Assembly (NCBI GenBank): GCA_963765245.1
Contig: CAVXVP010000001.1
Location: 577,025-641,024, forward strand
Source: an uncultured Chloroflexia bacterium
Lineage (GTDB): Bacteria; Chloroflexota; Limnocylindria; Limnocylindrales; CSP1-4
Length of the DNA: 64,000 bases
Direction of reading: 5' to 3'
This document shows positions 1 to 8,453 of this stretch, one piece after another. Made by a program: the position numbers and the translations under genes. Each line of letters opens with the position of its first letter. The stretch's first letter is position 1. The notes beneath the pieces are model-generated. The model saw only the letters and a list, made by a program, of their open reading frames with translations, ran no database searches and was not told the origin of the DNA.

Positions 1-1132
1 GAGCAGGACCAGGGACCCGCCGACGAGACCGACCGCCGCGTTGACCTGGCGCGCGGTCTGAAGCGAGGACGCATGCTCGGGCGTCGCCGCGGCATCGACC
101 TTGGCCAGGGCGACCTTCAGCGCTTCGTCGAACTGGGCCTCCCGGAGCTGCGGCAGCATGTCGTTCTCGTAGATCGCCTGGCGGTCCGAGTTCGACAGGT
201 AGGCGGCCTCGAAGCCGGGAGCCGCGTACAGCTGGACCTGGCCGTGCTGGAGGCTGGGATCCATGTCGAAGAAGATGACCATGCCGTCGTCGAAGCCCTT
301 CGCGGCCGATGCCCCACTGGTCGATCAGGGCGCGGGCCTTGGCCTCGGTCTCCTCGGTCGTCAGGTCGTACGCGCCGCTGTCCTGGGTGTAGACGACCAC
401 CTCGGCGCCCGTGCGCGCCTCGATCGCGTCGATGGTCGACTCGGCGCTGACGATCGTCTCGGGGCTGAAGAGGCCCGCCTGGTCGTAGACGGCGCGGTCG
501 GTCTCGGGATCCGGGAAGGGCGGCCCGGGCGGAACTCCGGTCGTCCCCTGACTGCCGCCGTCGGTCCCCGGCTCGGTTCCCTTGAACGTGCCCTCGACGA
601 CCTGGGCCAGCGCGACGAGGACCGCCGAGTCGAGGTCCCCGGCCTGGAGCGACGGCACCATCTGATTGTCGAAGATGTCCTGGAGCTCGGGCTGACTCAG
701 CGCAAAACCGGATCCCCCGTAGAGCTGGACCTGACCGTGCTGGAGGCTGGTGTCGAGGTCGAGCAGGATCACGAGGCCGTCGTTGATGCCGGCCCGCCCG
801 ACACCCCACTCGTCCATCAGGGCTGCGGCGTGGGCCTCGGCCTCCTCGGTCGTGATGTCGTCGCGGCCGAGGGCCTGGGTGTAGACCACGACCTCGGACT
901 TGGTCTGCGCCTCGATCGCGTCGACGATCGACTCGGCCTGGCTCTCCGTGGTCGGCGTGAGGACGTCGGCGTAGTCGTAGACCGCCTGGCCGTCGACGGG
1001 TTCGGGGAAGGGCGGACCAGCAGCCGGTGGGGAGGGCGATGCCGCAACGGCAGGACCGGCGGCAAGCGCGACCATCCACAGGACGGCGGCGATGAGGGCG
1101 AGGGCGCGGCGCGGTCGATGCATGGCGCTCAT
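1..1132 (-). CDS. Secreted protein with two tandem TPM (TLP18.3/Psb32/MOLO-1-like) domains; C-terminus runs off the window; one frameshift
   Basis: My own translation of the minus strand from ATG 1132 gives MSAMHRPRRALALIAAVLWMVALAAGPAVA (signal-like). Two roughly 150-aa units follow with the same pattern (VVVYTQ...EA..L.D.WG.GR.G..DG.VI..D.D.SLQHGQVQLY..GF). It is absent from the ORF track because it has no stop inside the window. The frame slips by 1 nt near 305 (QWGIGR | KGFDDGMV). Confidence 0.75.
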   Translation of the reverse strand, partial: MSAMHRPRRALALIAAVLWMVALAAGPAVAASPSPPAAGPPFPEPVDGQAVYDYADVLTPTTESQAESIVDAIEAQTKSEVVVYTQALGRDDITTEEAEAHAAALMDEWGVGRAGINDGLVILLDLDTSLQHGQVQLYGGSGFALSQPELQDIFDNQMVPSLQAGDLDSAVLVALAQVVEGTFKGTEPGTDGGSQGTTGVPPGPPFPDPETDRAVYDQAGLFSPETIVSAESTIDAIEARTGAEVVVYTQDSGAYDLTTEETEAKARALIDQWGIGREGLRRRHGHLLRHGSQPPARPGPAVRGSRLRGRLPVELGPPGDLRERHAAAAPGGPVRRSAEGRPGQGRCRGDARACVLASDRAPGQRGGRSRRRVPGPA

Positions 1133-1145
1133 CGTGAGGCACGCA

Positions 1146-2448
1146 TCACGATCTCGCCCGCCGGATGACTCGCAGGCCCCCGTCCTGTTCCAGGACGACC
1201 TGCGGGGGCCGTGGACGTCCGTTGTAGGCCGACGAGATCGACGCGGCATAGGCGCCAGTGTCGGCGATGGCGACGAGGTCGCCGCGTCGCAGGGATGGCA
1301 GGTCGTGCGTGCCGAGGGCGTCGGTCGACTCGCAGATGGGGCCTTCGACGCGTGTCGGTTCGAGGGCGGGCCTGCTCCCGTCGGCGTCGATCGGCCGGCC
1401 CTCGCTGGTCAGTGCCACGATCGGGTGCCGGGCGCCGTACAGCGCGGGCCGGATGAGCTCCGTCATCCCGGCATCGATGACGACCTGGCGTCCGCCGCGC
1501 TCCCGGACGTGGAGGACGCGCGCGACCAGCCAACCGGCCCGCGCCACGAGGGCCCGTCCCGGGTTCGATCGCGAGGCGGCTCGGCCGGCGATCCTCGGGG
1601 ACCGCCTCGAGCAGAGATGGGAGCTCGCGTGCAAAACGCCGAGGCTCGGGACCGACTTCGTCGAGCGGCAGGACCGGGAACCCGCCGCCGACGTCGAGCG
1701 TGTCGAACGCCGCCAGCCCGCCGCCGAGGAGTCCCACGACGGCCAGCCCGCGCCGGACCGCGTCGCGCCACGCGTCCACGGCACCGAGTTGCGAGCCCAC
1801 GTGCAGGTGCACGCCGCGCGGACGGACCGCACCGCCCGCGTGCGAGGTGATCCATTCGACGAGCCCTGTCGCCTCGGTCTCGGTCATCCCGAACTTCGAC
1901 GTGCCATCGCCGACGGCGAGCCCGGCGATCGTCTCGGGCGTCACGTCCGGGTTGAGCCGCACGAGGACGTCGAGCGCCGGCCGATCGCCGCGTCCGAGCC
2001 CGGCCCGCCGCGCCATCCGGGTGACGACCTCCGCCTCGTCGGCCGATTCGAGTGCGACCCAGAGCAGGGGAGAGCCGGTCGCCGCTGCCCGGACGGCGGC
2101 CCGCAGGTCCGCGTCGGTCTTGCCCACGCCCTCGAGCGTGATGCGACCGTCCGCGACCCCGGCCCGTCGTGCGATCGCCCACTCGCCGCGCGAGACGACG
2201 TTGGCACCGAACCCGCGGGACGCGACCTCGGCGACGATCCCCGGGACGTCATTGGCCTTGACCGAGTACTGACGCAGCCACGGGTCGGGAAAGGCGTCGC
2301 GGATCGAGGTCGCGGCACGATCCAGGGTGGCCAGGTCCGTGACGTAGACCGGTGTCCCGTAGGCCGTTCCGGCTCGCCGGAGCGCGTCGGCGATCACGGG
2401 AACGCCGATGTCGGCCGATCCGGAGCCCTCCTCAGTCGGGGATGACAA
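1146..2448 (-). CDS. lysA: Diaminopimelate decarboxylase (PLP-dependent, group IV), interrupted by a 1-nt insertion near 1556
   Basis: ORF 1129..2448 carries the typical N-terminal part (YVTDL, YSVKAN, HLHVGSQ, DVGGGF, LAIEPG). The C-terminal part continues in ORF 1146..1832 (RALVARAGWLV...IDAGMTELIRPALYGA...GPICESTD...GAYAASISSAYNGRP). The join is CCCGGG-a-CGGGCC on the coding strand. Confidence 0.9.
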
Positions 2449-2822
2449 GCCGGACTGCGGTGCTGACGAGGCTCAGGACGACCGCGCCGACGATGGCGGC
2501 GACGAGCGTGTCGATGCTCAGCAAGGTCGGCGGGAAGTCGCCGACCTTCAGGTCGAACTTCATCAGGCTCGTGATCCAGGCCGTGAGCAGCAGGAGCCCG
2601 GCATTGATGAGGAATCCGACCAGACCGAGCGTCGCCATCCTGATCGGCAACGCCATCAGCCGGACGATCGGCCCGATCAGCCCGTTGACGACACCGAAGA
2701 CGACCGAGATGACGACGCAGGCCGATCAGATCGCCGTCGTAGCTGACGAACTGCGGCAGGAACTTGGTCAGGATGAAGAATGCGATCGCGGTGACGATCG
2801 TTCCGACGACGAAGCCTCTCAA
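2432..2822 (-). CDS. DUF360 / phage holin family IV-like small membrane protein, one frameshift near 2717
   Basis: ORF 2394..2822 starts MRGFVVGTIVTAIAFFILTKFLPQFVSYDGDLIGL (TTG start). After a frame change the protein continues VVISVVFGVVNGLIGPIVRLMALPIRMATLGLVGFLINAGLLLLTAW... (ORF 2432..2656). The TTG start overlaps the upstream stop as TTGA. Confidence 0.75.
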
Positions 2823-4476
2823 GACAGTGCCTCCGAGCGATGGACGACCTGGCCAGCGACGACCGTGAGGGCCACCGTGGTGCCGATGATCGATGAGGGT
2901 CCTTCAGCGAGGATATCGCGGTCAAGGACCACGAGGTCGGCGTCGGCGCCGACGCGGAGGGTCCCACGCCGGCCGTCGGCGAACGCCGCGTACGCCGAGC
3001 CGTGACCGTAGGCGGTCAGCGCATCTGGGACGGAGAGCCGTTCGGACGGAAGCCAGCCGTCCGCGGGTAGGCCGTCGACGGTCTGTCGATTGACCGCCGA
3101 GTTGAGCGCGATGATCGGGTCGAACGGGACGACCGGCCAGTCGGAGCCGAATGCGAGCACGCCGCCCGCGCGTCGGATCGACCCCCACGACCAGGCGCGA
3201 CCGGCGCGTTCGGGTCCGATGTTCGCGGCCCACACGTCGACCTGGTTCGGCGACGGATCGGCGTGATACGGCTGCATCGACGCGACGACGCCGAGCCGCG
3301 CAAAACGCGGGATGTCGGTCGCGGCGATCGCCTCGATGTGCTCGACGCGGTGGCGGCGATCGGGATCGCGCGCCGGGTTCGCCACTGCCGCACGCTCGTA
3401 TGCGTCGAGCGCCATCCGGATCCCCGCGTCGCCGATGGCGTGGATCTCCATCTGCCAGCCGCGTCGGTCGGCCTCCGCGACGAAGGCATCGAGGTCGCCG
3501 GCGCTCCACTCCGGGCGCCCGGTCGAGGTGTCGTCGACGTATGGATCGAGCATGGCGGCCGTTCGAGCCTCGATGACGCCGTCGGCGAAGGCCTTGAGGA
3601 TGCCGACGTCGAGCCACTCCCCGCCGCGCAGGTCGCCGACGAGGGCTTCGTAGTCGTCCAACGTCGCACGCCATTCCTCGAGCGTGCCTCCTGGGCGCAT
3701 CGGTAGCGCCAGCCTCGCCCGCACGCGAAGCGCGCCCTCGTCCCGGAGGGCCCGCCAGAGGGGAACGTCCTCCGGTTCTGCCCAGGCCTCCTGGATCGCG
3801 GTGATGCCGGCCGCGTGGAGGGCGGTGATCGTTCGTCGCATGGCGTCGAGCGTCGACGCGGTGGTCGGGCGCGGGATGTGCCGGGTGACGAGGTCCTGGG
3901 CGCCTTCCTTGAGCGCCCCGGTCGCCTCGCCTGTCGAGGGGTCGCGGACGATCTCGCCGTCGGGCGGGTCGGCAGTCTCCCGGTCGATTCCGGCCAGACG
4001 GAGTGCCGCCGTGTTCGCCCAGCCGGTGTGGCCGTCGAAGCAGCCCATGAATGCCGGACGGTCCGGAACGACCGCGTCGAGCTGGCCACGATCCGGCATG
4101 CCGCCGGGGAACGCCATGTACAGCCAGCCCCTGCCGAGCACCCAGGGCGCCGCGCGGTCGGCGGCGGCGTGCACCGCGATCGCCTCCTGGACCGCGCCGA
4201 CCGAGGCGAGCCGGAACAGGTCGACCCGGTCGAGCTCGTTGGCACCCTCGCGCACGTGGATGTGGGCGTCGTCGAAGCCAGGCGGTGACCAGGCCGCCGC
4301 GCGCCTCGACGACCTCGGTCCGAGGTCCACGCCACTCGACGCAGGGCGTCGTCGCGCCGCCCGATCCAGGCGATGCGCCCACCTCGCACGGCGATCGCGT
4401 CGTGGGCCGCGACCGGTGCGCCGCCGATGAAGAGGCTGCCGCCGACGATCAGCAGGTCGGCGGCATCGCTCACCAA
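2819..4476 (-). CDS. Metal-dependent amidohydrolase (YtcJ-like, amidohydrolase_3 family), two frameshifts near 4338 and 4283
   Basis: ORF 2819..4330 contains PGFDDAHIHV, HAIGD, RVEHIE and FGSDWPV. The N-terminus (VSDAADLLIVGGSLFIGG...RGGRIAWIG) lies in ORF 3016..4476. A short middle piece (VEWRGPRTEVVEARGGLVT) lies in ORF 2922..4382. Confidence 0.85.
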
Positions 4477-4477
4477 G

Positions 4478-5098
4478 TCACCGGAGACTGTCGTCGGCCG
4501 CTGGTCGCGCCAGGCCCGCCTCGAGTGCGGCCTTGACCGCCGGCCATTCCGGCGCGATCACGCTGAAGTAGGCGGAGTCCCGGATCGAGCCGTCGGGCAT
4601 GATCGTGTGGCTCCGGAAGACCCCCTCGAACGTGGCGCCGATGCCGGCCAGCGCATTGCGCGAGCGCTCGTTGCGCGAATGCGTCTTGAACTCGACCCTG
4701 TTGGCCCCCAGCGTCTCGAACGCGTGCGTCAGCTGGAGGAGCTTCGCCTCGCGGTTGGCCCCGGTCCGCTGGAACGCACTGCCGACCCAGGTCCAGCCGA
4801 TCTCGAGGCGCTTGTGTTCCGGGACGATCGACATGAAGCGGCTGCTGCCGATGGCGCGACCCGACGCGCGGTCGATCGTGGCGAACGGCCGTTCCGTGCC
4901 TGCCTCGGCGTTGGCCAGTGCCGTCTCGACCCAGCGTTCCAGTCCGGGCTCGTCCTGGGCGCCCATGATCGTCCACTGCCAGAGCGCGAGATCGAAGGCG
5001 ACGAGGCGGAGGTCGGCCAGGTGGTCGCGGCGAAGCGGCTCGAGGCGCACCCGCGACCCCTCGAGGACGACAGGCTCGACCCATGTCTGCGACGGCAT
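4478..5098 (-). CDS. GNAT family N-acetyltransferase (RimJ/RimL-like)
   Basis: This is the inner part of ORF 4478..5287, starting at ATG 5098 (MPSQTWVEPVVLEGSRVRLEPLRRDH...IGWTWVGSAFQRTGANREAKLLQLTHAFETLGANRVEFKTHSRNERSRNAL). The upstream 63 codons are Arg/Pro-rich and look non-coding. Confidence 0.85.
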   Translation of the reverse strand: MPSQTWVEPVVLEGSRVRLEPLRRDHLADLRLVAFDLALWQWTIMGAQDEPGLERWVETALANAEAGTERPFATIDRASGRAIGSSRFMSIVPEHKRLEIGWTWVGSAFQRTGANREAKLLQLTHAFETLGANRVEFKTHSRNERSRNALAGIGATFEGVFRSHTIMPDGSIRDSAYFSVIAPEWPAVKAALEAGLARPAADDSLR

Positions 5099-5376
5099 GG
5101 AGCGATGGTAACGAGCGGCCGGACCTGTGCGATAGTCGCGCCGTGGCAGAGCACGATGAGCCGGTCCCGCACGTCGAGCATTACGGCAACGGTGTGGTGA
5201 AGCTCGAGGGCTTCCATCGCGACGGCGAGATGGACGGCGCCTGGGCCTTCTACCGGACGGACGGGTCGCTGATGCGCTCGGGGTCATTCGACCGGGGCCG
5301 CCAGATCGGGGTCTGGCAGACGTTCGACCGGTCGGGCGCGCTCGTCAAGGAGACCGACTTCGGGGCTGGTTCATAG
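5083..5376 (+). CDS. MORN-repeat-variant (YwqK-like) small protein
   Basis: ORF 5083..5376 contains HYGNGVVKLEGFHRDGEMDGAWAFYRTDGSLMRSGSFDRGRQIGVWQTFDRSGALVKETDFG, which are G-x-W-x-x-Y/F MORN-like repeats. The true start may be the in-frame GTG at 5143. Confidence 0.6.
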   Translation: MSATAWSDGNERPDLCDSRAVAEHDEPVPHVEHYGNGVVKLEGFHRDGEMDGAWAFYRTDGSLMRSGSFDRGRQIGVWQTFDRSGALVKETDFGAGS

Positions 5377-5419
5377 CCGAGGGCGCACCCGACGACATGC
5401 CGCCCGTGGCGATCGCCAG

Positions 5420-6700
5420 GCACCGTAGACTCGCGTGAGTGTCACCTTCTCCTGTGTCCGACGGCTTGGCTCATAGACTCGGTGCCGACCTTCGCGGTGT
5501 GGCATGCATGCGTTGTGCCGGCTGCCGGACGCGTCGGACCGGCCGACGTGACTTCATAGGAGCGTGGCATCGCCCCCACTCAGGCGTGTCCGTCGACCGG
5601 TCCTCAGCTGTCACCCCTAGTTGGGAGGAGACACAGGATATGGTCGTCATCGGAGCCGATCTGCACAAGCGCTCGCATACGCTCGTCGCTGTCGACGAGA
5701 CCGGTCGCAAGCTCGCCGAGAAGACGGTCAGCGCGACGCCGGCCGGTCATCTCGAGGTTCGTCGCTGGGCCAGCCGGTGGCCCGCCCGAACGTTCGCCCT
5801 CGAGGACTGCCGCCACCTGTCACGCTCACTCGAGCGTGACCTCCTGCGCGCCGGAGAACGCGTCGTCCGGGTGCCACCCAAGCTGATGGCCGGTGTCCGG
5901 CGCTCCACCCGCGAGCCGGGCAAGAGCGATCCGATCGACGCGCTGGCCGTCGCCCGGGCGGCCCTCCGTGAAGCCGACCTGCCGGTGGCGACCCTCGATG
6001 GCCGCCGAGCGCGACGTCCGGCTCCTCGTCGACCACCGTGAGGACCTCGTCGCCGCCCGGACCCAGGACCAGAACCGGCTGCGCTGGCATCTCCACGAGA
6101 TCATGCCCGGCGAGGAACCGGGGCCGCGCTCGCTCGATCGTGCGCACGTGTTGGCCGAGCTGGAGGCTCGTCTGACCGAGCAGTCCGGGACCGTCGTCCG
6201 ACTGGCCGTGATCTCGTCGTCCGGATCCGCGAGCTGACCATCACCATCGACGCGCTCGAGCGCGAGATCGGCCACCTGGTCGAGACCATGAGCCCCGGCC
6301 TCCTGACCCTGACCGGCTGCGGCCCGCTGACCGCAGCCAAGCTCGTCGGCGAGGCGGCGGGCATCGGACGCTTCCGCTCGAAGGCCGCCTTCGCTCGCCA
6401 CAACGGCTCGGCGCCAGTGCCGGTCTGGTCGGGCAACGTCGTCCGCCACCGACTCAGCCGCGGCGGCAATCGCCAGCTCAACGTCGCCCTCCACCGGATC
6501 GCCATCACCCAGATGCAGCGTCCCGGTCCAGGACGGGAGTACATCGACCACCGGCGGGCCGCCGGCGACACCAAGACCGAGGCGATCCGCGCTCTCCGGC
6601 GCCGGATCAGTGACGAGGTCTTCCGCCGGATGCGCGACGATGAGGCCGCTCAGGCAGCGCGGCGAGACCCGCTCGCCGCGGCCGCTAGACATAGGAGCAA
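5420..6700 (+). mobile_element. IS110-family insertion sequence (boundaries approximate)
   Basis: Contains a DEDD-type IS110 transposase gene preceded by about 260 nt of non-coding leader. It sits between an unrelated MORN gene (ends 5376) and a DUF885 gene (starts 6704). I could not identify terminal inverted repeats, which is usual for this family. Confidence 0.75.
5640..6690 (+). pseudogene. IS110-family transposase, at least 2 frameshifts (near 6000 and 6210); 3' end unresolved
   Basis: ATG 5640 follows the RBS GGGAGGAG. The N-terminal piece is MVVIGADLHKRSHTLVAVDETGRKL... (ORF 5439..6041). The middle piece is ERDVRLLVDHREDLVAARTQDQNRLRWHL (ORF 5893..6237). The C-terminal piece is LLTLTGCGPLTAAKLVGEAAGIGRFRSKAAFARHNGSAPVPVWSG...RLSRGGNRQLNVALHRIA (ORF 6288..6818). 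As written, the last frame reads through into the DUF885 gene. Confidence 0.85.
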
Positions 6701-6703
6701 CAC

Positions 6704-8453
6704 ATGTCCGACTTCTCCAGCCGCCTCGACGATTTCCTGGCCGAGCTGTTCCGGCTCCACCCGACGTTCGCCACCGCGATCGGCCAGCACGACCACGACG
6801 ATCGCTGGCCCGACCTGACAGACGCCGGCCGCGCCGAACAGATCGCCTTCACGGATCGCTGGCTGGCCGAGCTGGGTGCGATGACCGACCTGTCCCCGGA
6901 CGAGGTCATCGATCGCGACCTGCTGGTCGGCGAGCTCGAGGCCGGCCGGTTCGCCGATACCGAGCTACGCGAAGACACGTGGGACCCGCTGCACTGGGTC
7001 TACCTCGTCGGGGACGGGCTGTTTACGTTGAGTGCCCGCGAGTTCGCGCCGCTGGCGGATCGGCTCACGTCGACCGCGGGCCGCCTGGAGCGCCTCCCGG
7101 CCGTGCTCGACGCCGCGCGTGGCCGGCTTGTGGGTGATGCCGAGCGTGCCTGTCGGCCGATTCCAGACGGAGACGGCGCTCAAGCAGCTCCCGGGGATCG
7201 GTGCGCTGATCGACGAGGCCATGGCGGACGCGGAGGCTGCGGCACCCACAGACCCAGCCGTGGCCGAGATCCAGCCGCGCCTGACCGCCGCGGCCGAGAC
7301 CGCACGCGTCGCCGTTGCAGGCTTCGAGACCCACCTGCGCGACGTGGTCCTTCCGGCGAGCGAAGGCGAGGGCCGGCTGGGACGGGACCTGTTCACGACC
7401 AAGATGCGCCACACGATGCGCTCGGAGACACTCACGCCGGAGCGGATCATGGCCGGCGCGGAGCGCGAGTACGTCGCCGTCCGTGCGGAGATGGTGCGCC
7501 TTGCCCGGCAGCTCTGGCCGACGTGGAGCGACGGGCAGCCGATCCCCGACGACGAGGGCGTGTTGGTTCGCGGTGTCCTGGACGCCATCGCCCTCGAGCA
7601 TCCGAAGGCGGATGACCTGCTCGATTTCTGTCGCGCCGAGAACGCTCGGATCGAGGCCTTCTGCGCCGAGACCGACCTGATCGGGCTGGCCGACGAACCG
7701 CTCGAGATCCAGTGGACGCCGATCTTCCTGCGCGCCTTCGGCGGCGCGATGCTCAGCTCGCCCGGCCCGCTCGACAAGGGCCAGAAGGCGTTCTTCGCGA
7801 TCACGCCGATGCCCGACGAGTGGTCCGAGGAGCAGCGCGAGTCGAACCTGCGCGAGGACAACGACCGCATGCTCCGTCTGCTGACGATCCACGAGGCGGT
7901 TCCCGGCCACTACCTGCAGGGCGTCTACGCCAACCGCTGCCCGTCCATCGTGCGCGCCATCTTCGCGAGCGGGCTGTTCGCCGAGGGCTGGGCCGTCTAC
8001 GTCACGCAGGTGATGATGGACGTCGGGTACGGGGCGGACGACCCGGCACTCCTGCTGGTCCACTGGAAGTTCTACCTGCGTTCGATCACCAACGCGATCA
8101 TCGACGCCAAGATCCACTGCGATGGGATGACGGAGGAGGAGGCCGTCGCCCTGATGGTCGACGGCGGCTTCCAGGAGCAGGCGGAGGCGCGAGCCAAGTT
8201 CGATCGCGCGCGGTTGTCGTCGACCCAGCTGTCGACCTACTTCGCCGGCTCGCTGGAGATGTGGGACATCGAGCGCGAGGTCCGCCGGCGTGCCGCCATC
8301 GCATCGGGCGCGGACGCGGATGCCGTTCCGGAGCCGCGGGTCGTCGGTGGGTTCGGCGAGACGCCTGGCTTCCGCTATCGGCCGCACCTCGAATCCGTGC
8401 TGGCCCATGGCTCGCCACCGACGTCACTCCTGCGGCGGATCCTTCTCGGGTAG
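6704..8453 (+). CDS. DUF885 family protein (putative metallopeptidase-like), one frameshift near 7150
   Basis: ORF 6704..7615 supplies the N-terminus (MSDFSSRLDDFLAELFRLHPTFATAIG...). ORF 7032..8453 supplies the rest, including LLTIHEAVPGHYLQ, FAEGWAVYVTQVM and LLVHWKFYLRSITNAIIDAKIH, which are typical of DUF885. Confidence 0.85.

Noticed and set aside
5439-5639. The N-terminal 67-codon extension of the IS110 transposase ORF (GTG 5439).
   Set aside because: The extension (MSPSPVSDGLAHRLGADLRGVACMRCAGCRTRRTGRRDF...) is not like a transposase. A strong RBS (GGGAGGAG) precedes ATG 5640, which begins the canonical MVVIGADLHK. I treat the region as a non-coding leader.
6288-6818. The read-through of the transposase frame into the DUF885 gene (ORF 6288..6818).
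   Set aside because: The last roughly 40 codons (…HRSNTCPTSPAASTISWPSC…) overlap the DUF885 N-terminus, which reads well in its own frame. The most likely cause is an indel near 6650-6690 hiding the real transposase stop; TAG codons at 6686 and 6692 lie in another frame.
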